Source: an uncultured delta proteobacterium (lineage in GTDB: Bacteria > Myxococcota > Myxococcia > SLRQ01). Taken from it: 64,000 nucleotides of DNA. Positions 44,567 through 53,557 of the stretch are shown one piece after another. A program made the translations under genes and the position numbers. The DNA lies in assembly GCA_963727485.1 (NCBI GenBank), contig CAVSGM010000001.1, forward strand, positions 1,188,213 through 1,252,212, in the 5' to 3' direction. Numbering within the stretch: the stretch's first letter is position 1; every line of letters begins with the position of its first letter. The notes under the pieces are model-generated. The model was not told where the DNA came from. It worked only from the letters and a program-made list of their open reading frames with translations, and ran no database searches.

Positions 44567-45654
44567 TGAGCGCCGCCGAGTTCGGCCTCGACGACGTGGC
44601 TCCCCAGTTCCGCAAGCACGTCGCCCCCGACGCACCCGAGAAGCTCAAGCGGATGGCGGCCAAGGGCGTCATCCCCATGCCGCCCGCCGAGCAGATCAAG
44701 GTGCTCTACCTCCTGGCCCAGGACCCCATCGAGGAGATCGCCGCCACCGCCAAGGAGACCACCGCCGGGCTCCCCGACCGGATCCTCAGCGCCACCCTCC
44801 GGGGCGATCTGCCCCCGGCGATCCTCGACTTCCTCGCCGAGAGCCTCGCCGGGAAGGCCCAGTACCAGGAGCTCATCCTCCTCAACGCCGCCACCAGCGA
44901 CGCCACCTTCGTGCGCCTCGCCGAGCAGGTGGACGAGAAGCTCCTGGAGATCGTCGCCGACAACCAGCTGCGCCTCCTCCGGGAGCCGGACATCATCCGG
45001 GCCCTTCACCGCAACCCGAACGTCTCCCAGGGCACCCTCGACCGGGTCGTCGACTTCGCCGTCCGCTCGGGCCTCAACCTCAAGGACCTCGACAGCTTCG
45101 CCGAGGCGAGGCGGCGCATCCTCGGCGAGAAGGCCGACGTGGAGCCCGAGGTCGAGGAGACCGCCGAGGGGCTCATGGAGGCCCACCACCAGGAGCTCGG
45201 CGAGGAGCACGAAGAGGAGCTCGGCGACGAACGCCGGATGAGCCTCACCCAGCAGATCCTCAACATGACCATCGCCGAGAAGATCAAGCTGGCGTCGATG
45301 GGCAACAAGGAGGCGCGGACCATCCTCCTGCGCGACGCCAACAAGCTGGTGCAGGAGGCGGCGGTCACCAGCCCACGGATCACCGAGGGCGAGGTCGTGG
45401 GCCTGTCGAACTCCCGGACGCTCCCGGACAACGTCCTCCGGCTCATCCTCAACAACCGCGACTGGATGAAGAACTACCAGGTGAAGTCGAACCTGGTGCA
45501 GAACCCCAAGACCCCGCTGCCCACGGCGATGCGCCTCCTGCCCTACATGCGCGTCACCGAGCTCAAGAGCCTGGCGCGCAACCGCAACGTGCCCCAGGCC
45601 CTGGCCACCCAGGCCAAGAACTTCCTGGAGAAGAAGACCTCCGGGCGCGGGTAG
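44566..45654 (+). CDS. conserved all-helical hypothetical protein
   Basis: GGAGG RBS; EKIKLASMGNKEARTILLRDANKLV...LVQNPKTP; strong host codon usage. Confidence 0.85.
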   Translation: MSAAEFGLDDVAPQFRKHVAPDAPEKLKRMAAKGVIPMPPAEQIKVLYLLAQDPIEEIAATAKETTAGLPDRILSATLRGDLPPAILDFLAESLAGKAQYQELILLNAATSDATFVRLAEQVDEKLLEIVADNQLRLLREPDIIRALHRNPNVSQGTLDRVVDFAVRSGLNLKDLDSFAEARRRILGEKADVEPEVEETAEGLMEAHHQELGEEHEEELGDERRMSLTQQILNMTIAEKIKLASMGNKEARTILLRDANKLVQEAAVTSPRITEGEVVGLSNSRTLPDNVLRLILNNRDWMKNYQVKSNLVQNPKTPLPTAMRLLPYMRVTELKSLARNRNVPQALATQAKNFLEKKTSGRG

Positions 45655-45684
45655 TCACGCCGGGCGGGTGGGGCCCGGGGCGCC

Positions 45685-47292
45685 TCAGGCGGACTCGATC
45701 TGGATGGGGCCGAGGTCCTCTTCGTCGACGGTCTCCGCGGGCGGGACCTCGTCGAGGAGCTCGAGGGCGACCTGCAGGGCCTTGCGGGTCTTCTCCCGGA
45801 GCTTCTCGTCGCCCTTGAGCTTCTGATAGGCCTTGAGGACCCGCTCCTCGTTGCGGCCGTTCTCGCGCTCCAGCTCATCGATGCGCTCCTGGAGCTGGGC
45901 GACCTCCTCCTGGGCGCTCTGGCTCTGCTCGAGCTCGGCCTGGAGGCTGTCGATCTGGCCCTGGAGCTCCTGGACCTTGCCGTCCGCGGTGGAGAGCCGC
46001 CCGCCGAGCTCGGCGACCTGGCCCTCGAGGCGCTGCTGCTCCCCGGCGGCGGCCTCGAGCTCGGCCTGCATCTCGCCCACCCGGCGGGCCTCGCCGTGGG
46101 CAGCCTCGAGCTCGGCCTGGACCTTGTCGAGGCGCTCGGCCTGGGAGGCGATCTTCTCGCCCAGGGTCTTGACCTGGGCCTCGCCGGTGAGCGCCGACTC
46201 CTCGAGCTCGGCGGCCTTGAGCTCCAGCTCGTTCTCCCGCTCCTGCCACTCGAGGGCAGCCTTCTCCTTCTCGTGGAGGGTCTCCTTGAGCGAGAGGATC
46301 TCCTTGTCGCGCTGGGTCAGCTCGCCCTTGAGCTTGAGGACCTCCTTGGCGCCGCCCCCGCCGCCGCCACCGGCGCGGAAGGCCTCGAGCTCGTTGCTCT
46401 TGGCGCGCAGCTCGTCCTCGATCTCCGAGACCCGCTTCTCCAGGTCGCCGCGCTCGCGGCGGAGCTTCTCGTTCTCCTCCTCGAGGCTCTGGATCCGGGC
46501 GGCGGCACCGGCACCTCCGGCGCTCCGGGCCGGGGCCGCGACCTCCACCGGTGCGGCCACGTCCTCGTCGCCGAGGAGCTCGAGGCCCTCGACGAGGTCG
46601 TCGTCCTCCTCGACCTCCACCGCCTCGAGGGCGGGCTCGTCCTCGCCGGCGGCCTCGACCTCCAGGGGCTCGTCGTCGCCGAGGGAGCCGAGGGAGTCGA
46701 TGGCGAGGTCGGCGGTGTCGACCTCCTCGACCTGGCTGTCGCTGACCTCGAGGGCGTCGAGGGCCACGTCCTCGAGCTCGTCGTCGCCGAGGCCGTTGAC
46801 CGCGGCGGCGTCGATGATTTGGGTGCCCTCGCTGCTGCCCCCGTCCTCGTCGAGCTCCAGGGCGTCGAAGGCGTCCTCGAGGAGATCGATGTCCTCGTCG
46901 AGCTCGGCGGTGTCGTCCTCACCGAGGTCGACCAGGGCGGCGACCTTCTCCACCACGTCCGCGGGCTCGCAGGGCTTGATGACGTAGTCCTCGGCGCGGG
47001 TCTTGAGCTTCTTGTGCTGCTCGAAGGTCTTGGGCGTGGCCTCGCTCGAGGTGATGATGAGGGGGATCTGCTTGAGCTCGTCGTTCTTCTTGAGCTTGTT
47101 GCAGACCGCGTAGCCGCTCATCTTGGGCAGCTCGACGCAGAGCACGATGGCGTCCACGCCGTCCTCGGCGATCCGGATCCCCTCCTTGCCGTCCGCGGTC
47201 TGCTTCACCTCGGCGCCCCGCTCGGCGAAGGCGCCCTCGAGGGCGCTGGCAAAGGCTTCGTCCGCCTCGATGAGGAGGATGGTCTTGGACAT
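45685..47292 (-). CDS. frzS: FrzS-like atypical receiver domain with acidic linker and long coiled coil
   Basis: MSKTILLIEAD..., VLCVELP (no phospho-Asp), CNKLKKNDELKQIP, FEQHKKLKTRAEDYVIKP; downstream of the ECF/anti-sigma pair. Confidence 0.78.
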   Translation of the reverse strand: MSKTILLIEADEAFASALEGAFAERGAEVKQTADGKEGIRIAEDGVDAIVLCVELPKMSGYAVCNKLKKNDELKQIPLIITSSEATPKTFEQHKKLKTRAEDYVIKPCEPADVVEKVAALVDLGEDDTAELDEDIDLLEDAFDALELDEDGGSSEGTQIIDAAAVNGLGDDELEDVALDALEVSDSQVEEVDTADLAIDSLGSLGDDEPLEVEAAGEDEPALEAVEVEEDDDLVEGLELLGDEDVAAPVEVAAPARSAGGAGAAARIQSLEEENEKLRRERGDLEKRVSEIEDELRAKSNELEAFRAGGGGGGGAKEVLKLKGELTQRDKEILSLKETLHEKEKAALEWQERENELELKAAELEESALTGEAQVKTLGEKIASQAERLDKVQAELEAAHGEARRVGEMQAELEAAAGEQQRLEGQVAELGGRLSTADGKVQELQGQIDSLQAELEQSQSAQEEVAQLQERIDELERENGRNEERVLKAYQKLKGDEKLREKTRKALQVALELLDEVPPAETVDEEDLGPIQIESA

Positions 47293-47440
47293 CGAAAGCA
47301 GTCCTTCTCTCCCGGGGCCCCGCCCGGGTGGTGCTGGGAGAAATCGCGCGGAAGTCCGGGGACTTTGCCGCAAAGACGATGTTATCTCCCAGCCTGGGAG
47401 AGGGTCAATGAAACGGCCGGGGCACGGGCCCCCGGCGCGC

Positions 47441-48285
47441 TCACTGGTTCCGCGCCGACTCGAGGACCCGGGCCAGCGACGCCTCGTCCATGTCGCTGAC
47501 CAGCGAGTAGACGATTCCGTGGTCCTTCCACATGACCACGTTGTAGCCCTTGCGGGTGGCGATGCGGACCTCGTGGGCGCCCAGGCGCCGGTGGGCGCCG
47601 GGCTCCTCGTCGAGGTTCAGGGCCGGGTCGGCGAAGACGAAGAGGCTGGCCCGGCGCCCGCCGTCGGGCTCGCCGTAGACCAGGTACACCGCCGGGCGGT
47701 CGAGGATGTGGGAGAGCCGGGCGCCGATGGGCTCGAGGCCCTGGCGGAACACCGGCAGCCGGGGGTTGAAGTCGACCTTGCCCCGGGCCCAGCCCTGGAG
47801 GCTCTGGACGTTGGGGCCGGCGACCTCGATGGGGAGGTTCCGGGCGTGCTTGCTCACCGCGTCGCCGACCACGTCCTCCTGGGAGAACCCACCGCTGGTC
47901 ATCCACACGAAGGCGCAGAGGACGCCCACCGAGGCCAATAGCGGCGCCGACCGCCACATCCGGGCGCCGACGCTGGGGACCGGGGCCGGCGGGGGCGGGG
48001 GCTCGGGGTCGCCGAAGAGGGCCCGGTCCTCGGGGGCGGGCAGGGGCGCGCCGGGGTCGGCGTCGGCGTCGTCGAGGCGGGCCAGGATCCGGTCCTTGAG
48101 CCCCGGCGGCGGTCGCACCGTCTCGCAGCGGTGGCGCAGCAGCGCCCGGAGGTGGCTCCGGGACGCCGTGGTCCGCTTGCACGCCGGGCACTCGGCGAGG
48201 TGGTCCTCGACCTCCCGCGCCTCCACGGCGTCGAACTCGCCGTCGAGGTAGGCGTCGATGAACCCTAGAGCTCCCGGCACTCCAT
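47441..48285 (-). CDS. zinc-binding (ZAS) transmembrane anti-sigma factor; one base missing at about 48266
   Basis: MECREL / FIDAYLDGEF...HLAECPAC (HxxxCxxC), TM helix, extracytoplasmic domain ending YSLVSD. Confidence 0.85.
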
Positions 48286-48304
48286 GGCGTCTTCCTGGTG
48301 CCCC

Positions 48305-48958
48305 TTACGCCTTCCGCGCCTTGCGGTAGGTGTCGAGGTCGGCGACCTCGGCCCCGGCCTCGTCCGACGCCGGGGCGGGGAGGATCCCCTGCTCCATGGC
48401 GTAGGTGGCGAGCTGCTTCTGGAGCAGGCGGCGACCGCGGAAGAGCCGGCTCATCACCGTGCCCACCGGGCACCCGACGATCTCGGCGATCTCCTTGTAG
48501 GAGAACTCCTGGATGTCGGCGAGGATGACCGCCATGCGGAAGTCGACCGGCAGCTCGTCGATCGCCCGGAGGACGTCGTCGGAGAGGAGCCGGTCGAAGA
48601 TGTAGGTCTCGGGGTCGTCCGAGAGATCGGTCATGTCCCGACTGAAGAACCGCTCGGTCACCGTCTGCTGCTCCGCGCCTTCGATCACCGACCGCTCCTT
48701 GGCCTTGCGGCGGTAGCGGTTGATGAAGGTGTTCGTCAGGATCTTGAACAGCCAGGCCTTGATGTTCGTGCCCCGCTCGAACTTGTCGAAGAAGCGGTAG
48801 GCACGGACCAGGGCGTCCTGGACGAGATCCTCGGCGTCCCGCTCGTTGCGGGTGAGGCGCAGGGCGGCCGAGTAGAGCGGGTCCACGTGCGGCATCGCCA
48901 GCTGCTCGAACTCCAGCCGGGTCCGATTGCTGTGTCGTTCTGGGGTTTTCTTGGCCAA
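48305..48958 (-). CDS. ECF sigma factor, SigR/SigH-like (RpoE1-like position)
   Basis: [62 protein letters not shown] start with AGGAGG. Confidence 0.92.
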   Translation of the reverse strand: MAKKTPERHSNRTRLEFEQLAMPHVDPLYSAALRLTRNERDAEDLVQDALVRAYRFFDKFERGTNIKAWLFKILTNTFINRYRRKAKERSVIEGAEQQTVTERFFSRDMTDLSDDPETYIFDRLLSDDVLRAIDELPVDFRMAVILADIQEFSYKEIAEIVGCPVGTVMSRLFRGRRLLQKQLATYAMEQGILPAPASDEAGAEVADLDTYRKARKA

Positions 48959-49043
48959 GAGTGGGCTTCCTCCTGCTGCGTTTCCCACAACGTAGCGCAC
49001 CTGGGCGGTTCCACAACCGGGCCCACCTGCGTCCGTTGAGCCG

Positions 49044-49069
49044 AACAGGGGCCAGATTACGCCTATTCC
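49044..49069 (-). promoter_or_regulatory. putative autoregulatory ECF promoter
   Basis: Minus-strand GGAAT-N18-GTT, the SigR/SigH consensus, upstream of the sigma gene. Confidence 0.65.
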
Positions 49070-49080
49070 CTACCCGGCTG

Positions 49081-49107
49081 GGGCCGGATCCCCAGGGGAT
49101 CCGGCCC
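49081..49107. terminator. perfect inverted repeat immediately after the ald stop
   Basis: GGGCCGGATCCCC-A-GGGGATCCGGCCC; no U-tract. Confidence 0.55.
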
Positions 49108-49110
49108 GGA

Positions 49111-50232
49111 TCACGCAGCCGTAAGGACCGCGTCCACCGCCTGGTAGGGGAGGTCCAGGCTCTTGGCCACCGCCTCGTGGGTCACCTTGCCGCCGTAGGT
49201 GTTCAGCCCCAGGGCCAGGGCCGGATCCGCCGTGAGGGCCGCCTTGAGGCCCCGGCCGGCGAGCGCCCGGGCGTAGGGGATGGTGGCGTTGGTCAGCGCC
49301 AGGGTCGAGGTGTGGGCCACCGCCCCGGGCATGTTGGCCACGCAGTAGTGGACCACGCCGTCGACGATGTAGGTGGGATCGTCGTGGGTGGTGGGGTGGC
49401 AGGTCTCGATGCACCCGCCCTGGTCCACGGCGACGTCGACCACCACCGAGCCCGTGGGCATGGCCTCGATGAGGCTGCGGGTGACCAGGTGCGGCGCCTT
49501 GGCCCCGGGGACCAGGACCGCGCCGACCACCAGGTCGCTCTCCAGGACCGCCTTCTCGATGTTGTGGGGGTCCGAGTAGAGGGTCTGGACCCGGCCCATG
49601 AACACGTCGTCGAGGTAGGCGAGGCGGTCGAGGGAGACGTCGAGCATGGTCACCGCGGCACCCATGCCCACCGCGACCTTCGCCGCGTTGGTGCCCACCA
49701 CGCCGCCACCGATGATGGCGACCCGGCCGCGCCGGACGCCGGGGACGCCGCCGAGGAGGACGCCCCGGCCGCCGTGCTCCTTCTCCAGGCACATGGCGCC
49801 GACCTGGATCGACATCTTGCCGGCGACCTCGCTCATGGGCTTGAGCAGCGGCAGGCCGCCGTCGTCGAGCTGGATGGTCTCGTAGGCGACCGCGGCGACC
49901 TCCTTCTCCAGGAGGGCCTTGGCCAGGGCCGGCACCGCGGCGAGGTGGAAGTAGGTGAACACCAGCTGGCCGTGCTGCATCCGGTCGTACTCGGGCTCGA
50001 TGGGCTCCTTGACCTTGATGATCATCTCGGAGCCCTTCCACACCTCCTCCGCGGTGGAGACGATGCGCGCCCCCGCCTCGACGTAGGCCGCGTCGCCGAT
50101 GCCGCTGCCCTCACCGGCGCCGGCCTCGACGAGCACCTCGTGGCCGTCGGCGACGAGCTGGTGGACGCCGGCGGGTACGACGCCGACGCGATACTCCCGG
50201 ACCTTGATCTCCTTGGGGACGCCGATGATCAC
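49111..50232 (-). CDS. ald: alanine dehydrogenase
   Basis: [52 protein letters not shown]. Confidence 0.97.
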   Translation of the reverse strand: MIIGVPKEIKVREYRVGVVPAGVHQLVADGHEVLVEAGAGEGSGIGDAAYVEAGARIVSTAEEVWKGSEMIIKVKEPIEPEYDRMQHGQLVFTYFHLAAVPALAKALLEKEVAAVAYETIQLDDGGLPLLKPMSEVAGKMSIQVGAMCLEKEHGGRGVLLGGVPGVRRGRVAIIGGGVVGTNAAKVAVGMGAAVTMLDVSLDRLAYLDDVFMGRVQTLYSDPHNIEKAVLESDLVVGAVLVPGAKAPHLVTRSLIEAMPTGSVVVDVAVDQGGCIETCHPTTHDDPTYIVDGVVHYCVANMPGAVAHTSTLALTNATIPYARALAGRGLKAALTADPALALGLNTYGGKVTHEAVAKSLDLPYQAVDAVLTAA

Positions 50233-50339
50233 CTTCGAGCTCCTTTCGGGTCGATGCGTGCGCGGGTTCTAGCAGACCCGTCGTCCCCGCGCCACGAAGG
50301 CGATTGACGCGCCGCGCCGTCCAGCGGAGAACCGGGAGC

Positions 50340-51155
50340 GTGATCGATCGCCCCCTGCCGCTCGCCCGCGCCGCCGACGCCGAGCTCTCGCAGGTCGCCG
50401 CCCTCTGCTTCGACCTCGACGACACCTTCACCACCGGCGGGCGCGTCCGTCCCGAGGCCTTCCGGGCCCTGTGGCAGGCCGCCGACGCCGGGCTGCCCAC
50501 GGTGGTGGTCACCGGGCGACCGGCGGGGTGGTGCGACCACCTGTGCCGGATGTGGCCGGTGGCCGGGGTGGTCGGGGAGAACGGCGCCTTCTACTTCGCC
50601 TACGACGCCGGGCGCCGGCGGGTGGTGCGGCGCTGGGCCCGGCCGGCGGCGAAGCGCCACGGCGACCGGGCCCGCCTCGACGCGGTCGCGGAGGCCGTGC
50701 GCCGGGCCGTCCCCCGGGCCCGCGTCGCCGCCGACCAGGCCTTCCGGGCCACCAATCTCGCCATCGACTTCGCCGAGGACGTGGGCCCCCTGCCGCCCGG
50801 GGACGTGGACCGGATCGTGTCGATCTTCCGGGACCACGGGGCCACCGCCAAGGTCAGCTCCATCCACGTCAACGGCTGGTTCGGCCGCTACGACAAGCGG
50901 GGGATGCTGGTCCGGTTCGCCGGGGAGCGCCTCGGCCTCGACGCCGCCGGGGCCAGCGCCCGCCTCGCCTACGTCGGCGACTCGCCCAACGACGCGCCCC
51001 TCTTCGCGGCCTTCGAGCTGACCTTCGGGGTGGCGAACCTCCGGCGCTTCCTCGACCGGCTGGAGACGCCGCCCCGGTGGATCGCCCGGGGCGAGGGCGG
51101 GGCGGGCTTCGCCGAGGTGACCCGGCGGATCCTCCAGGCCCGGCGCGACCGCTGA
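50340..51155 (+). CDS. HAD-IIB family hydrolase
   Basis: FDLDDT, VTGRPAGW, ENGA, SSIHVNGW, GDSPND. Confidence 0.9.
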   Translation: MIDRPLPLARAADAELSQVAALCFDLDDTFTTGGRVRPEAFRALWQAADAGLPTVVVTGRPAGWCDHLCRMWPVAGVVGENGAFYFAYDAGRRRVVRRWARPAAKRHGDRARLDAVAEAVRRAVPRARVAADQAFRATNLAIDFAEDVGPLPPGDVDRIVSIFRDHGATAKVSSIHVNGWFGRYDKRGMLVRFAGERLGLDAAGASARLAYVGDSPNDAPLFAAFELTFGVANLRRFLDRLETPPRWIARGEGGAGFAEVTRRILQARRDR

Positions 51156-51180
51156 CCGGGCGACCGCCGCGCCACGGACC

Positions 51181-52125
51181 TCAGGTGGCCGGGTCGGCCG
51201 CCGGCGCCCGGTAGAGCGCCCCGCCGCCCTCGACCCCGGCCCGCGCCAGGGCGCCGGCGGCGGACATCCGGTCGAGGAGATCGGCGGCGTCGCCCCGGTC
51301 GAGGCCGAGGAGCTCGGCGATCTCCGGAGCGGTCACCGAGCCCCGGGCCTCCGTGAGGGCCCGGACGTAGGCCTGGCGATCGGGGAGCCCCTGGGGATCG
51401 GCGTCGAGGGAGAGGGCCCCGCCGGCGACCTGCGCCAGCGCCGCCTCCAGGTCCTCGAAGCTCCGCGCCCCGCGGACCTCGGCGACACCCCCGGGGCCGA
51501 AGAAGAAGAACGCCGGAGTGGACACCGCCCCGATCTCGGCGGCGAGCACCAGGTCCTCGTTGAAGGCCTCCCCAGCGGCCCCGGACTCGAGGTCCCCGTC
51601 GAAGCGGGCCACGTCGAGGCCCACCGCCGAGGCGAGGCGCGAGAGGACCTCGGGATCGGCCACGTCGGCGCGCTCGCAGAGGGCGGCCTCCCGGAGGCGC
51701 CGGAGGAAGACCAGGGCCATCGCCGGATCCTGGGCCTCGGCGGCCTTCACCGCGGCGCAGGCGGGCCAGCTCGACGCCGGCGGCGCCTTCAGCCACACCT
51801 CGCTGTCCAGGGGCATCCCCGTGAGGTGGGCGACCTCCTCCCACTGCATCGCGATCTGGTCCGGCCGGTGGAAGGCGCTGGCCGAGGCCGTCACCTCCTC
51901 CAGGCTCTGGTAGAGGCCGGCCATTCGCAGCTCCAGGGCGAACTGGGGTCCGTAGAGCTCCACCAGGTGGAGCCACGCCGGCTCCGTGCCCCAGCACCAG
52001 GCCGAGAGGGGGTCGGTGAAGTAGCGGACGTGGATCGCCGGCGGCTCGGCCGGGGCGACGCCGGCGAGGACCGAGGCGACGGAGAGCAGGGGACGGGGCG
52101 GGGGCGGATCGGGTTGGATTTCCAC
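51181..52125 (-). CDS. DsbA/YjbH(SpxH)-like thioredoxin-fold protein with C-terminal wHTH-like segment
   Basis: YFTDPLSAWCWGTEP, SSWPACAAVKAA, FLRRLREA, STP; start uncertain. Confidence 0.78.
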   Translation of the reverse strand: MEIQPDPPPPRPLLSVASVLAGVAPAEPPAIHVRYFTDPLSAWCWGTEPAWLHLVELYGPQFALELRMAGLYQSLEEVTASASAFHRPDQIAMQWEEVAHLTGMPLDSEVWLKAPPASSWPACAAVKAAEAQDPAMALVFLRRLREAALCERADVADPEVLSRLASAVGLDVARFDGDLESGAAGEAFNEDLVLAAEIGAVSTPAFFFFGPGGVAEVRGARSFEDLEAALAQVAGGALSLDADPQGLPDRQAYVRALTEARGSVTAPEIAELLGLDRGDAADLLDRMSAAGALARAGVEGGGALYRAPAADPAT

Positions 52126-52265
52126 GGGGCCTCGACAAAAGCGTAGCACAGCAGGCTTCCCGCCTCCCCGGATCGGGGGAGGGGAACTCGGGGCCCCCTG
52201 TCCCAAGATGTCGCCCGGCCTAGTGTATCCTGACGCCCTGGAGCCCTGCTTCCGGGGGGGAGCCA

Positions 52266-52910
52266 ATGACCGAGAGACGACGCGTCGAGGTGGTGGTGCC
52301 GCGCAGGACCTTCAACGAGGTCCTGGCGCGGTCGACGGCGGAGGGCGGCAGCCTCTTCGTTCCCGGGGCCGGCCTGCGCGCCGGCGAGCGGGTCGAGGTG
52401 AGCCTCCAGTTCGAGGGCTTCCCCCAGGAGTTCACCGTCCCCGGGGTGGTCACCGCGGTCCGCAGCCGGGGCCGGGGGACGACCCTCCCGAGCGGCGCCA
52501 CCCTCCAGGTCGACCCGGTCCACGCCGGCCGCCTGGAGAAGATCCTCGCCTTCGCCCGGGGCGAGAAGGTCCCCTGGAAGCGCCGGGAGACTCCGCGCTT
52601 CCTCGTCGATCTCGCCGTGGAGCTGCGCTGCGCCGCCGGGACGGTCGCCTGCCGCACCCGGGACCTGTCCCTGGGCGGCGTGGGCCTCTCAGCCGCCGGC
52701 GCCCTCCCGGCCATCGGCGAGGAGGTCGAGGTCCGCATCCCCCTCGATGGCAGCCTCCTGCCCCTCCGCCTCACCGGCAAGGTGATGTGGCTCGACTTCT
52801 TCTCCAAGAGCCGGGGGCTGGGCCTGCGCTTCGTGGGTGGGGGCTTCGCCTGGAAGCGGCGCCTGGAGAAGCTGGTGGCCGAGGCGTCGGACAATCCCGA
52901 CGACCTCTGA
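52266..52910 (+). CDS. PilZ domain protein (myxobacterial two-barrel type)
   Basis: KRRETPR (RxxxR) and DLSLGG (DxSxxG). Confidence 0.85.
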   Translation: MTERRRVEVVVPRRTFNEVLARSTAEGGSLFVPGAGLRAGERVEVSLQFEGFPQEFTVPGVVTAVRSRGRGTTLPSGATLQVDPVHAGRLEKILAFARGEKVPWKRRETPRFLVDLAVELRCAAGTVACRTRDLSLGGVGLSAAGALPAIGEEVEVRIPLDGSLLPLRLTGKVMWLDFFSKSRGLGLRFVGGGFAWKRRLEKLVAEASDNPDDL

Positions 52911-52915
52911 GGCCC

Positions 52916-53557
52916 ATGGTTCAGCGCGGCCAGTTCCTGGAGCGGATGGCGGTCATCGCCGCCGGCGGCGAGACCCTCGAGGGCCTCTATCACCGGGGCG
53001 AGGCGATGCCGCCGGTGGTCCTCGTCCCCCCGCACCCCCGGGACGGCGGCTCCATGGACAGCGCCATGGTCGCCGAGGTCGCCTGGGCGGTGACCCGGGC
53101 GGGCCACGCCACCCTGCGCTTCAACTTCCGCGGGGTGGGGGCGTCCTCGGGGACCCCCGGCGGGCCCGAGGACGACCTCGCCGACCTCGCCGCCGCCCTG
53201 GTCCACCACGCCGAGACCACCGGGGCCGCTCGCCTCGGCCTCTGCGCCTTCGCCGGGTCCGCCGGGGTGGCCCTCCGGGCGGTCGCGACCCGGGCGGACG
53301 TGGGCCAGGTGGTGCTGGTGGCCCCGGCCGGCGACGATCTCGCCGCGGTGGTGGCCGCCGTCGCCGCGGCCCCGCCCAGGCGCTTCCCGGTCCGGGTCCT
53401 GGCCCTGCCCGGCGCCGACCGGTCGCCCTTCGCGCCCCTCGGCGAAGGCGCCCGGGTCGAGGTCCTGGACCACGTGGATCTCGCCCGGGGCCGGGGCCTC
53501 CCCGCCCTGGGGCACCGGGTCGCCGAGGCCTTCAGCCCCCGATCGCGAGGCGGGTGA
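52916..53557 (+). CDS. alpha/beta hydrolase-fold protein, probably lacking the catalytic Ser
   Basis: PPHPRDGGSMD, TLRFNFRGVGASSG; nucleophile elbow reads AFAGSA instead of GxSxG. Confidence 0.8.
   Translation: MVQRGQFLERMAVIAAGGETLEGLYHRGEAMPPVVLVPPHPRDGGSMDSAMVAEVAWAVTRAGHATLRFNFRGVGASSGTPGGPEDDLADLAAALVHHAETTGAARLGLCAFAGSAGVALRAVATRADVGQVVLVAPAGDDLAAVVAAVAAAPPRRFPVRVLALPGADRSPFAPLGEGARVEVLDHVDLARGRGLPALGHRVAEAFSPRSRGG

Noticed and set aside
48989..49012. Second ECF-like motif GGAAC-N16-GTT upstream of the sigma gene
   Set aside because: Spacing is 2 nt short of the SigR/SigH consensus; the 49044-49069 site fits exactly.
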